Both the position numbers and the translations under genes were made by a program. DNA of 54,538 bases, counting the filler, from Sphacelaria rigidula (lineage: Eukaryota), in the NCBI GenBank assembly GCA_964200075.2. It is 3 parts of 3 records of this genome, joined end to end, with 100 filler letters (N's around TTAATTAATTAA, not from the genome) between each part and the next. Parts side by side here need not be neighbours in the genome. Positions count along the whole stretch, not along the records: positions 1 to 18,117 come from CAXNAA020000913.1; positions 18,218 to 36,330 come from CAXNAA020000914.1; 1 more part is not named here. One strand, written 5' to 3'. Below the pieces are notes generated by a model that searched no databases, was not told where the DNA came from, and saw only the letters and a list, made by a program, of their open reading frames with translations. Position 1 is the stretch's first letter, and each line of letters starts with the position of its first letter. Of this stretch, positions 12,458 through 24,600 are shown piece after piece.

Positions 12458-13062
12458 TGTGCGCCTAAGCATCACTTGTTTTCACGCACCAACTTTTGTT
12501 TTTGGTGCTGTACCGTCTGTAGCGATCCTGACACCCCGATGCATGTGTGGAAACGGCTCCGCGGGTCCAGACGCACCTGGTTCGTTGTTGTAGACGGTTG
12601 TGTCTTCCATTACAACACCTGTTCCGAACCCCCCCCCCAAAAAACATCGGCGAGTTCACTACTTCATCTTAGCTTTTATACTGTGCTCAATGTGCCATGT
12701 TGTACACTACAGCACTGCGTGTCATCGTTCTCAGGTGCGCAGTGCAAGAGATGGCAACGAGCTGATAGCAACTCTGACCCTAACCCAAACTCTTGACCTT
12801 AACCCTGGACTCATATCATCGACCTCTAGAGTACGATGGTAGAGTGTGTCTATAGACTAATATGCTTCGGAAGGTTGTACTTTCAAGCCAAGTCCGTTCG
12901 TAGAGCTTACATCTACCCTAAGCGCGCCGGTAGCACATACTTCTACACGACGTGCGTTGGTGAGGTGCATCTGTGCTATCTGCCTCGGTGGGATGTACAA
13001 TGCGTCTGAGTCAAGTGTGGGTGGCTGCACACGATTTCCGGAAGGAGGATAGGTCGTGCAAC

Positions 13063-13165
13063 AGTGTGTGTGTGTATGTGTGTCTGTTGTCGACCCATCT
13101 ATTCTAGACGCCGATCTGCACCTTCCGGTATATGTGGGCGCACCAGCCGGGGTCACACAGGATTA
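13063..13165 (-). mobile_element. 3' fragment of the same SINE
   Basis: (TG)n followed by CACCTTCCGGTATATGTGGGCGCACCAGCCGGGGTCACACAGGA, the reverse complement of 5516-5600. Confidence 0.7.
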
Positions 13166-14511
13166 TACACACTGCGGGAGAGGTACGATAATCGGCATTT
13201 GTTCTGTGCTCATAGATGGTATACCGAGTATAAGACTATCGAAAAAAGCCGGGCCAACAAAGGGCCACCTGCACGACTGGGTGCTGTTGTATCTCTTCGC
13301 ACCCACCTCCACCTACCCGATTTACAGTCCCGCTGATTCTCGATGAAGGACAATGACGTGAGCGTAGGTGGCCGCCACTCGGCGATTATTCGGATGCTTC
13401 GTGTTTCCTTCCCGGTGAAAATGATGGATTACAGGATTGCTGTTCTTTTTTTCATTTTTTTGTTTTTCGTGTACTCTTTTGTTCTGTCCTACCTTTTGTT
13501 GTTCTTATTTTTTCTTCAGAAAGTGCTTCAGTATTGTGTTGTCTCGGGTGCGTCAATTATGTGACCACGGCCGAATCTCTGGGGGATTGGTTGAAGCGAA
13601 TCAAGTTCAACATGGTGCAGAGGGTTGTCAGCAGTGCTTGCCACAAGGCTCGGCAACTAACAGCTCTGATGAGAAGGAGGGGTTTGGGGCAAGGATAACT
13701 TCACTTCACTGTTCCATGCGTGTTGCTTGCGTGCATGTACATGGGTCGGAAGAATGAGTACTTGTTGTTGTTGTTGTTGTCTTCACATTAAAAGCCGTTC
13801 CGATATCTGCGCGGTACATTGGTACTGGGCATCTTATGCGGACAGTACGTGAGTGAAAAAAAGATGAGTACCCTCGTATGTTCGACGAGGGTTGGCGCGG
13901 TTCGGGAGCTCTGACTCAATCCACGAGACCAGAATGCAAGCGCGTGTATCGTGGAGAGACGACTTGATCCATTGAGACTAGTAGACCACGGACTCGTGCC
14001 GAGAAAGGAGAGGGGTTCAAGGCCTGAAAACGATGAAATGAAAATGTCCACGAGTGCGTAAGTGTCAACATTTTATCGCCTCGCCCATTTAAACTACTGG
14101 GAGTAAACTTTTGCAAAATCTCTGTTCCACAATCAAAACAGCACCGAGCCACACCCGCCGCGCAGCCTGCTGAACGTGCATCAGCCATTAAATACGCCGC
14201 GCTCTTTAGCTGTTCGGCGACAAACGGTGGAGTGTGTATGCGCTGCACGTGCATGGACTACGTACTGATGGCGGAATCACGTTTGCTTTACGGTACCGCA
14301 CTGTGACGCTCAGCACGAGTGACGTCAAAGTCAAGGGCGTTTTGTTTTTCTGTGTCGGCATTTCACCTCCACAGAAAATAATGATTCCGAACCCCCCGGC
14401 TAGAAAGAAGCAGGGCAGGGAAAAAAAAAGCAGTTGGCCTTCGGACGCCACGCCTACTACCATGGGTTAACCAACGACCTCAGCCACACGACTCGATCGA
14501 CATAATCTCAA

Positions 14512-14741
14512 CCCTTAGACCGCCAGGTTAGTCTTCTATTGAATCGGCATCAATTTCGCGAGATTACTCTTTCTGGATCATGCACACTATTTTTCACTTA
14601 AAATTGATGCCGATTCAACAGAAGACCACCCTCGCGGTCTAAGCCCTTAGACCGCGAGGGTAGTCCATCTGGATCACGCATACTTTTTCCAAGTGAAATT
14701 GATGCCGATTCAGCAGATGACCTACTCTCGCTGTCTAAGGG
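14512..14741 (+). mobile_element. Two tandem piggyBac-like MITEs
   Basis: TCAA|CCCTTAGACCGC...GCGGTCTAAG CCCTTAGACCGCGAGGGTAG...CTGTCTAAGGG|TTAA. Confidence 0.8.
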
Positions 14742-15919
14742 TTAACGAACTCAGCCACATGACTCGGTTGACATAATCTCAGATCATCCTCGTCTTTCCG
14801 AAGAGGTCACCGGACTGGAGTGGAGTAAGCCGTAATAGTTAAACGATGTCATCGTTTTTTTGCGTTATGTATTTGTCGTGACTCAAGTCACACTTGTACT
14901 CCTATTTCAGGGAGGAAACCTTAAAAAAAAATAAGATGGGCTTGGAGTCAGACGTGGTTCGCTTCTCGGGGAGCAGGAGGACAACAGTATGGTGTACCGC
15001 GCCCGTTCAAAGATCCGGAAAGTCCTCCCTGAGTGATAACACGCAGGAAAGATCAAGCGTCACGCTCGCAAGATTCAGACAGAACCGCTGAGGTTTGCTG
15101 TGGCATAGTGTTCTGTGGCACTACGAGTAGCCGTGGAGGACCGGACGATGAAGATGAAGCAGTAAGGAATTACTTCGCATCTTGGCTACTTTAGCATGGC
15201 GAAAAAAATCAAGGAGAAGATGAATGTTGGACTTTCAAAACGGCTACCCGCGAATCTCGCAATACGCGTACGTAGTCATAATGAGTCGCCGCGAAGTAGT
15301 TCATATGATATGCTACTCATTAGCCGTCACGACCCGAGCCAGAAAAAACACCTTCCCGGCTTTCCCGGCGAGATCGCAATGACTTCTCGAGAGCTGCAGC
15401 ACCCATTCCCGCGTTCTTAGCGCTAGTCACAGTGATTCGGGTCAGCACACTCGATGTCATTCTGTAACCTATTCGCAAAGGCTTGAGTCAGCTCGTCCCG
15501 CCTATTTTCCCTGCATATTCTCTCAACCACCAGGTCACGACGGAATATCCTTTGGATACGTGTTTCGTGGTGCGGGTGCCCTTTTTTTTTTGTTTTTGTT
15601 TGTTTCTTGCGTTCTTCTGCGGGCTGTTTGGTTTATGTGTATATTGNNNNNNNNNTCCTTGCACTCTGTGACCACGGGTTCGAGAGATCGAGCTAATGTG
15701 ATGGATATAATAATGATATAATAATAACGTGGATTTCAAGACGTCTACGAGCTGGGCCACAGACAAGAAACGTGTGTTCCTTCGGCACACGATAAATATT
15801 TCAGTTTCTCGAATCAGCCCGATGCAAATATATCGGTGTCAACTGCAGATCAACTTGCTGATGACATCCTCTGCCGCTGTTCCCTAGCCGCAGTGTGGGC
15901 GATGACGCCATCGACTACA

Positions 15920-16445
15920 GTGTGTGTGCCTTGTGTGTACCTTACGGGTGTGTTTTTTGTGTGTATGTCTATGTTGTCATCCACCTCCTCTACCCGCCAG
16001 TTTACACCTTCCGGTGTATGTGGGCACATCAGCCGGGGTCACACAGAAGGAAGGTCAACATAAAAGTAGTTTCATCTTGTATTTTGTTTTGGCACTCCAC
16101 CTTCCTTACGCGGTGCTTGTCTTACTCTCTATCGAGAGAAAGGACAAGTGGCCTCTTTCCCTCATCGACCGTGAGGACACAGTCACTCACCACTGTTGGG
16201 CATATGTGAGAACGAATCTCAGATCGCGTGACTCCACAGAGATTTGACTCCATGCTCCAGCCGTCCGAAGATTTCGAGATCACTAACTGAGCAGTGAGGT
16301 CCAATTTTGGTGTATCAAGGACGCAGTCGCTCGCTCTCGACTGTCAGGCATGATTTCAGGAAAAATCACAGATTGCGTGACTTCATCGAAATTCGAAGCC
16401 CTTTCCCAGCCGTCGGGAGGGTTCGAGGTTACCACCTGAGCCACA
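15920..16445 (-). mobile_element. Full SINE copy (15920-16298) plus a second SINE head (~16355-16445)
   Basis: Colinear reverse-complement match to 5244-5600. The second head reads TGGCTCAGGTGGTAACCTCGAACC...GCTTCGAAT on the minus strand. Confidence 0.7.
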
Positions 16446-16619
16446 TACCGCCTCTTCACACCGTTCCTTCTCGCTACATTTTTTCACGTTCTCGTGTAGG
16501 ATTAATTGCTCTGCGATCGCAGATCCACCGTTACACAAAACATGACATCCATTGCCCACTGAAGAGAAATTTAAACCAAAAATTCACGTGGAGACCTTAG
16601 TTCACACGTCAGCGGTCGA

Positions 16620-16725
16620 CCCTTTGACCGCGAGGGTAGGTTACCTGCTGAATCGGCATCAATATCCACTTGACAAAAGTATGCGTGATCCAGATGAACT
16701 ACCCGCACCGCGATCCAAGGGTTGA
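16620..16725 (-). mobile_element. piggyBac-like ~100-bp MITE
   Basis: CCCTTTGACCGCGAGGGTAGG...GAATCGGCATCAA...GCGATCCAAGGG TTGA. Confidence 0.75.
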
Positions 16726-17930
16726 CCGATAACGGGACGTTTTACAAGTTTTTTTTCATTATTTGCTGACGTGTGGGCGTTTACATTTTTCGTCAGATTC
16801 TTGAAATGGCTCTGAAGTTGAGGCACTCACGTTTTCGTGCAGATTTCTGTCACGGCTCGCGTACTAACCCCTTTGGGACTGAAGCTCAGTAGCAAGCGAT
16901 TCACCATGTGTTCGTAAAATAATAATAAACAAGTCGGGGAGCGACCTGCATAATCACTGCGAGGCGAAATTTATCGTCCACATCCGAACGACCAGTGGAG
17001 GGGGGCTGTTACCAGGGGTGATGTCACTACAAAGTTGGTGAACCCTGTCCCTCCTGTCCCTGACCCACAAGAAAGCCTTCGAAGCAAAACAAAGCCCAAG
17101 TGGTCGGGGCTCGGATTCCCGTTGTGTTCATCATTTACTCGCAGCTTATACAGGTCCGACCTCCCATCCCCCGATTTCTTTCAGGTCACCGTCCTGTAGT
17201 AAAAACTAGTTGATAACATCAACACGAAGTGCTCGGGGGAAATTCGGGAATAAATGTACTCTACTAAATATTTCGTCATGTTCACAACGAGACTGAATCT
17301 AGCAACGCGTGGGACAGGAGACGGAGCTCGAGGCATGAATTCGACGCATCCCTCTGTCGACGCGGTACCAGCGGCGGTGAGGTCGTATGTAATCGACGTG
17401 AACAAACAAGCTGTGTGTAGGCAGCTGACCTCCGTCGCGGAGAACTGCTCAGAACATGTGAGGGAGTATGCAGCGGCAGCTGCTGCGATGCTGCATTCGA
17501 CGAACTGTACTGTATCTGCGGCGCAATGTCCATGCCGTTCGAAAAGAATTTGCCGCTTGCAACAAGGAGGGAAATCGCGGCCTACCCCGACCATAAAGGG
17601 CTGTGTGGCAAGGTGATAGGGACAATACCCAAGGCCATCAGTGGCTGGCGGCGGTTGCCACATCCTTTCGAAAGCTCTGCACGGCGACTCATACTGCTTG
17701 ATACATTTATACATTACCTGATGTGTACAACATCCGAATTACAGTACAGACAGTTTGCACCTGCACCTGAAAATAGATTGGGTTAAACTTTTGGGCCTTC
17801 TCTAACCCTGCGGTTAAAAACTTACGTAGACTTTTAGCAACGTGACCCCACTGCTTCATACATATGCAGGACACGTCATTCCTAGCCAGCCTCATTGGTC
17901 GTTCTAGAGGCCCAGTCCCGAAAAATTTAA

Positions 17931-18031
17931 CCCTTAGACCACGACGCGGGTAGTCCATCTGGATCACGCATGCCTTTCTCAGTGAACTTGATGCCGATTC
18001 AGCAGGTGACCTACCCTTGCCGTGAAGGGGT
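17931..18031 (+). mobile_element. piggyBac-like ~100-bp MITE
   Basis: TTAA|CCCTTAGACCACGACGCGGGTAGTCCATCTGGATCACGC...GATGCCGATTCAGCAGGTGACCTACCC...AAGGGG. Confidence 0.75.
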
Positions 18032-18117
18032 TTCATAGGCTACTTCTGATGTATAAAAAAAGCTCTGCGAGCTGGGCCAGCCAAGAGTAGGCGTGAACCT
18101 CGCTCACGCGACGCACG

Positions 18118-18217
18118 NNNNNNNNNNNNNNNNNNNNNNNNNNNNNNNNNNNNNNNNNNNNTTAATTAATTAANNNNNNNNNNNNNNNNNNNNNNNNNNN
18201 NNNNNNNNNNNNNNNNN
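18118..18217. other. Artificial assembly gap linker
   Basis: 100-nt block of N with a central TTAATTAATTAA (stops in all six frames). Confidence 0.95.
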
Positions 18218-18682
18218 ACAAATTAGCACCCCCCCCCCCCCCCCCCCTCCCCCCCCCCTTCCCCCCCGCGCGCGCGCTCATGCACGCTAAATTTGGGCTT
18301 TATAAAAGAATAAATGATGTGGTGCTTGGACTGAGATAACCCACACCTTGTCATACGTGAAATACTGTATCACACAAACTCACCAAGTCACGGCACATGT
18401 ACTTCCTGCTTGTGCTGGTATTTTTTGGTTCCCGGACGTATTTCGCCTGTAAATTGCATACTCCTGCCCCGCTCTGCCCGCCTGGAAGGGAAAAATCGAC
18501 CTCTCGGTGATCGTTAATCCTATTTTCAGAGACTGGACCTCGGAACGACTATCTAGCTTCTTGAGGTTTGAGTATATATGCTGGTGGGTGAACAACAAAT
18601 ACAGGAACTGGTCTTTGCATCAACATTTGAAAATATCAAGTGCACCATAGATTGGACATGGAACAGTCTCCAATTTCGGTAA

Positions 18683-21600
18683 TTACTTCTTCCGCCGCCG
18701 GAGCATAGGCAGAGCAGCGGTCGGGTCCCCGCTTTCTCCTTCCGCTTGATCCCGCGAATGCGACACATACCCGCTTGACACAATACTTTTATGGCTGTGG
18801 GAAATCCAGTGGTGCACAATTTTTCGCAACACGTGGCTCACAATGAAGGCTGGTGCAGGAGCAGCCTTTATTAAGGCTTGCATCTCGAACACCTATACGA
18901 GCAAGGAAGCAGGAGGGCGGGGGAAAGTAGTGTGGTGTGGTCTACGCACGGTCACAGATGGGCGAAATGGATAGGCACGGCGGCCACAAGCCACCGCTGG
19001 CGACGCCTTCCGATCCACATCTTAAAGAGCCTTTAGTGTAGCAAACACTGCATGGTCTTCGCCGTCTCCGACATCCTGCAGTTGGCGAATCGGACATGCA
19101 ACTATTTCGAAAAGAACGGTGTGTAGTATCAGCTCGGAACAGAGCGGATAATGCCCACATCAGATTCCCAACAGAACGACACGTGGCAGAAAATAGTACC
19201 GCACAAGTATGCGCCACAGAGATGCCCACAGAACATGTTACATGTCACCGTCGGTATTCGCAGACATAATCAAGTCAGCCTGGCAAGCAGCTTGAGGTGA
19301 CCACCAGCCACGATACACGAAAAGGTAGCAGTGCTTCCACGACAGATTGTCGTGAACTCCCCAAAATGACATTCTACTCACCGTAATATATCTGGGGCAG
19401 TTGTAAGACAACTGTCTTTCAACCCGCCCAGTCTCGGAGGAAGATGTTCTCATTACCACCACAGGCAAGCCATCTACGCCCACCACCCCAGTGGATCCTT
19501 GCAACGCCACTTGAAGGCTGGGTCGCTGTGATGGTACCCGTTCGTTGTTCATCCTCCACAGCAAATAGCTCTGCGCCCAACGTATGCGTATCTGCCAGGA
19601 TAATCTGGCCGAGAGTAACAGGTTCCGACAGAGGGAACGAGGGGATCGCTGAACTTCACTACAGCGGCCGATAGAAGGAGCGGTGACTTAGGTTGGGGGC
19701 ACACAAAGTAACATATTGGGCTAACATTCAGCATGCGCTAGGAGCGAGCGTTGTTTGATCAATCGCATACGCAGTGGTTCGTGTCTCGACCGTCGTCATA
19801 TCATCTGGGAACTTCATTCCAAGGGTTATACATCGCTGGCCTGGTCGGATCAGACACGCAAAAATGGCGAACGATCAGGAGTCGAACCATTTTTCAAGCA
19901 CACGATGGACAAAAATGAACAGAAATTCAAAAGTGGCACCATTCTTGGAGCAGCAACAAAGCAGTGCGGCTATGTTGACAGAAGCTGAAGCTGTATGCAT
20001 GTTGCTGCTGCTGTTGTTGTTGCTGTTGTTGTTGTTGTTGTTGTTGTTGTTATCACTTTTATCGCCTTCATCAGGACCGACTATTCGCGTCTTACCCTCC
20101 TCCTCATTCCTGTTCTTTTTTTGAATTTTCCCCTCGCTTCCTTCTCTTTTGTTGGTCTCTCGTTTTTGCTCAAATTACTCCATTTGTTCCATCTGTTTTC
20201 CCTTCCCCTTCTCTTCGCCTTCTCCTTTATCGGGTTTTCTTTGACCGGTGCTTCCGATACAGCTATCTCGTGACCACAGCTGGATCACTCCGACAATCAA
20301 CCAATCAATAATATATATATATATATATAATAAAACGGCAGAACCTACACATCAGCAGCAAAGTCTTACATAGTCATTCCCAAAAAGGCGAGGAGCGACC
20401 GGAAGACGGTGTCTTCATATCGCATCCCCACCACGACACCTCGGTACGCCTGACATACGGTCAAAACAAACGGTTCCAAGCGCGAGGCCGAGTAAATGGA
20501 AAGGGTGAGAGGTGCCGAACATCGTGCGGATCCGGTGCATTTCTGCTTTCCCTGGAGAATTACGAAAATATCGTGAATGCGCGCACAAACCGTGATTGGC
20601 ACTGCAAATTCGTTGCAACAGAACATCGCCACAAAAACACAACAACCTCTATATCTTCGTTCCTGGCGGAAAAAACTAAATGCAATACCGCAGGCGTTCC
20701 ATTTACCCATGCAATACGTTGTCGAGGAGACGAAGGCTCCATTCTCCTTGAATGGCGACCAGCGCAAAAACGTGAGGCACCGCAGTCTCCCTTCCGTACT
20801 TTCGCCCTCTCACCTCAAGAATGATAGCAACCACCATGCTAAGCAATACCACCACGCCCAGCACCTGGTACGTGATGATCAGCACGGCGCCGACTTCGGG
20901 CTGAGTTTCCTTGATCTGGGGGTAGAAATTTTCACCCTCTCCCAGGGATATCCGCAGCATGCTTTGCCAAGCGCTACTGAATAGTGTGAAGTCCCCGAGG
21001 CCCGTTCCAATGATGAGCCACGTTACCTCCACGAACACAAACAGGACCTGAAGGAATTGCAAGGTGTCGAGGTCGTAAGTTAAGTCATAGACTTCGCAAG
21101 GCAAGGCATAATGGATACATTGTTTTACAGTGCGACTATGCGCCTCTTGTCGCGTGTCCAACTACTGTGGTGCACGTATTTCGTGCTAATGTCGAGGAAT
21201 AGAGAGGCATGGCCTGCGCACGACGGCATGGCGTAAATTGTATGGCCCAACATTCTAGGTACGGAGAGGGTCTACGTGGCGGCCGGTGTCGTATTTTGTT
21301 GTGACAGGAATATGCAGTTGTTGCGCCGATGTGTTGAGCAAGATGGAGCTAAACGGGGGTTGGTGGCGGCCTATTTTACCACTATCAGCCCTCCCATAAT
21401 AGACAGAAAGTAGACCTCAAGTTCACCCTCGCTCTGAACAGATCACCAATTGTGCATGATGTTGTCCAAACGAACACGGGTCCTCAAAAGCTCCCTCGGG
21501 TTCCATCCAATCCTCTCACCAAAACAAACACGAACAAAAAGTGTTGCAGATTTGTGCCCGCTCGGCTCAGCGTATCCGAGACGATGCTCATGCGCTTGTG

Positions 21601-24600
21601 GAACGTCAATTTCTGCGAAGACGGGAGGGAAACACGGACGATTCGAGGCACTAAGATGTGACGAATCTTGCATGCGATAGGCTTTATCGATAGAACCGAG
21701 AACGAAAAATGCCAGCAAAACGTTCAAGTGGGTCGAAATGGAAAACTCAACTGCAGACATTGTGTATCCGTTAATGCAGAGTAGATGGCCTGTTCTTTGG
21801 CTTCGTGCATCCAAGCGCTACGCAGTCACTGCCGTGTTTTGGAATTAAAACACAGAATCTACGGACGGTTACTGCGCGGCGATGCGTGTCCGCCAATAAC
21901 ATTCATCAATGCGCGGTGCATCTTGGACGTGACGCTACCACCGAGTTTACCGCGGCGGCGTTGGGCTGGAATGCAGCGCCTTCAGTGTGTTTACCTGAAA
22001 CAGGAGGCGATGCAGCCCCGCCATGGTGGTGACTAAGACAAGCAACTTGAACGACGCTGCAAAGACGGCGACATCTTCTTGCCTCAAGACGGTCTTGACA
22101 CTCTACGCACACAACGAGCGAGCGCGGTCGATAACGATTGGTTCAGTAGGCGGCGAACTCTGCACTGGCACGTGACAAGTACGATTGCGCTGGGTCAAGC
22201 TCAATTTTCCCGCCAGAAACGGGGCGCGTTCAACGCCGCACAGCGGGTAGCATCAGAGCTACTCCACGATCGCTGAATTCAACTGTATAGGTATAGGGAA
22301 CGTGTTACATAGCTTGATAAAAAAACCTTCCTTCCAAAAAGAGAAGAAGCAGCACAGCTCACACTTATGTGTGGGAGTTGGCCTGTGGCATCGATTTTTA
22401 GCATCCAAGAGATGATGACATCAACCGATGTAGTGGTACACAGTTGGGGGTTTGCATACCACACCAACGGGAAATATGTGGCATGCAACGCCGTGATCAC
22501 ACTTCACGTGCTAACCAGGAAAGGCAGGGTGGCTCCGCACTTTTTTTAGTTTAGGAGGGTAGCTGTTTCAGGCACAAATATTCACGAAAGAAAAAAAAAA
22601 AGCGACACCTCACCTTACCAAGCAGGTCTGATCCCTCGCTTTCGACACGAGACAGACTCAACTCGGTCTCCACAGTGATGAACTCCCCAATCGCAGCCCA
22701 TATCTGCGCGAGTACAATCGTAACACGACGGAGGGGTGTCATTTGGCAACGAGAAGGTCGTTATTTCGAGATGATACCTGTGGGCGGAGTTAGTAGTGTG
22801 AACGTTCGACCTTAGCGGGCTCGCTACTGAATCGATGTCCTTATATGTCCTTGCCGCGCGGACTCACAAAGATGTAGCAGATGTTGGCAAGGATCAGCGC
22901 GTGAAGAGCACAGCTGCAGAGGCTCAGGCGTCCTTCGACTGCAGGTGAGATAGACGCGGTGATCGGGGCGCGCACGAACGAGGAACAAGGAATTTGAAAC
23001 AGTGATCCGCTGTCAGAGTCGACGAAGCAAGTCGGACAGATCCACCAAGGCGCCACGCCAACCACGCGCTACTTTCTGTGTGATCACGTATTGTTGTTAC
23101 TCACCACGGCAGTTTAAGCAGGAGAATTCTTGAGACGAACCTTTAACTTGGCGTGTCGCCAGATCGGGGGTTAAGGCGTTGGTGGCGGAGCGGGTATCAG
23201 ACCACGCCCCGGGGATCCAACGGGAAATTAGGGAATGGACGGAACAGGCTGACTTCGGAGAGGAGTTATCGGGGCCCAGACCATGTGGTATGGAAAAATA
23301 TTGGATGCATGCATGAGATGAACTATAACGCAACCACCGTCAGTGAATCTCGGGTAAAATCGAATGACAAACGATCTATCCAGCTATCACGTGTAATGTA
23401 TGCGTCGTTGCTCGCGGCGTTACGGTATCGGTCCGTGTTGCGTAGATACTACCGGATACAACAAAGTAGTTGAACTATTCGAGGCCTGGGAGCTTTTCAG
23501 CGGGGTGTCAACACACGATGAATTAATATTTCTTCATTCTTCGACTGGGGTGTACTGATCATGTGGTCAGAGGGTTGACGGACCTGGTGGCCATCGACCA
23601 AACGTTAACCGGTTATTGTACAGAAGCGAGCTCCGATTGCTTATGTTGACAGATTGATCGGTTGATTATCGCACTTCAAGTGGCCCCCCAGAGATCCAGC
23701 TGCAGTGTCATGATAGACTACCCGAAAAAAAAAAAAACTGAACCACTCGCTGGAGAAAAAGAAGTAGAAAACAGGAAAGGTAGAACAGGACGACACGTGG
23801 ACTAGGGAAACAAAATGGAGCAGAAAAAAAAAGAGGAATATGTGACTGTAGCAACTAAAGTGTCTTCACATGGTTATGAGTGCTCCAGGTGTTCAGGAGC
23901 AAAAATCAACAAATTTAAAATGAAACAACTACAAAAAACTTAACTTGATTATCAAAAGTCTGGAATTCAAATGCGAGGTCCCCGGCGTTGTGTGACCTCC
24001 TTTGTGGGGTGCGGCCCCATCCCACGGAACACACACAAATAAATATCAAGAAGCGTATCCGCTGCTGAAACGGTGAACTCAACTTCTACCCTACGCCTTT
24101 TCTCTGACCCGCTGCATGCAGCGATTACCGTGCTCCGAGTCGCTGGTTGGTGCCTGTGCTGTGCGAAGCGCTAAATACTGTGCTGTGTGTAGTACTGCAT
24201 GTAGTACAATAGCAGTCATTGCCGCTGCGCTCAGGTGTTACCGTGCTCTGAGCCGTTCAGCACAGTGAAGAATCCATCGCGCTCTGCTTTTGCTTCCTGC
24301 TACTTCATCATAATACTTTATCTCAGGGGGTTTTCATATCCACGGCGCTGTTGCTTCATATTCTAATATCGCCATTTTGGGTAGATAAATGGCTGAATCA
24401 TGCTCATTTTCTTCTCCGTCACTTGACGAGTGTATGGAGATACTTCCGCGAACCACGATGGCCACTGCAGAATCATGTAATAAGGATTCACCACTATCCA
24501 GCAACGACCAGCCAGATAACCCCTTTTGGTCGTTCGTGAGCACCAGACTCTCAACACTTCATGATCCACATTGTTCGCGTGCACCAAACGAGGAAACAGG

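Noticed and set aside
18118-18217. TTAATTAATTAA palindrome, also at ~36375
   Set aside because: Artificial six-frame-stop linker inside N runs, not biological.
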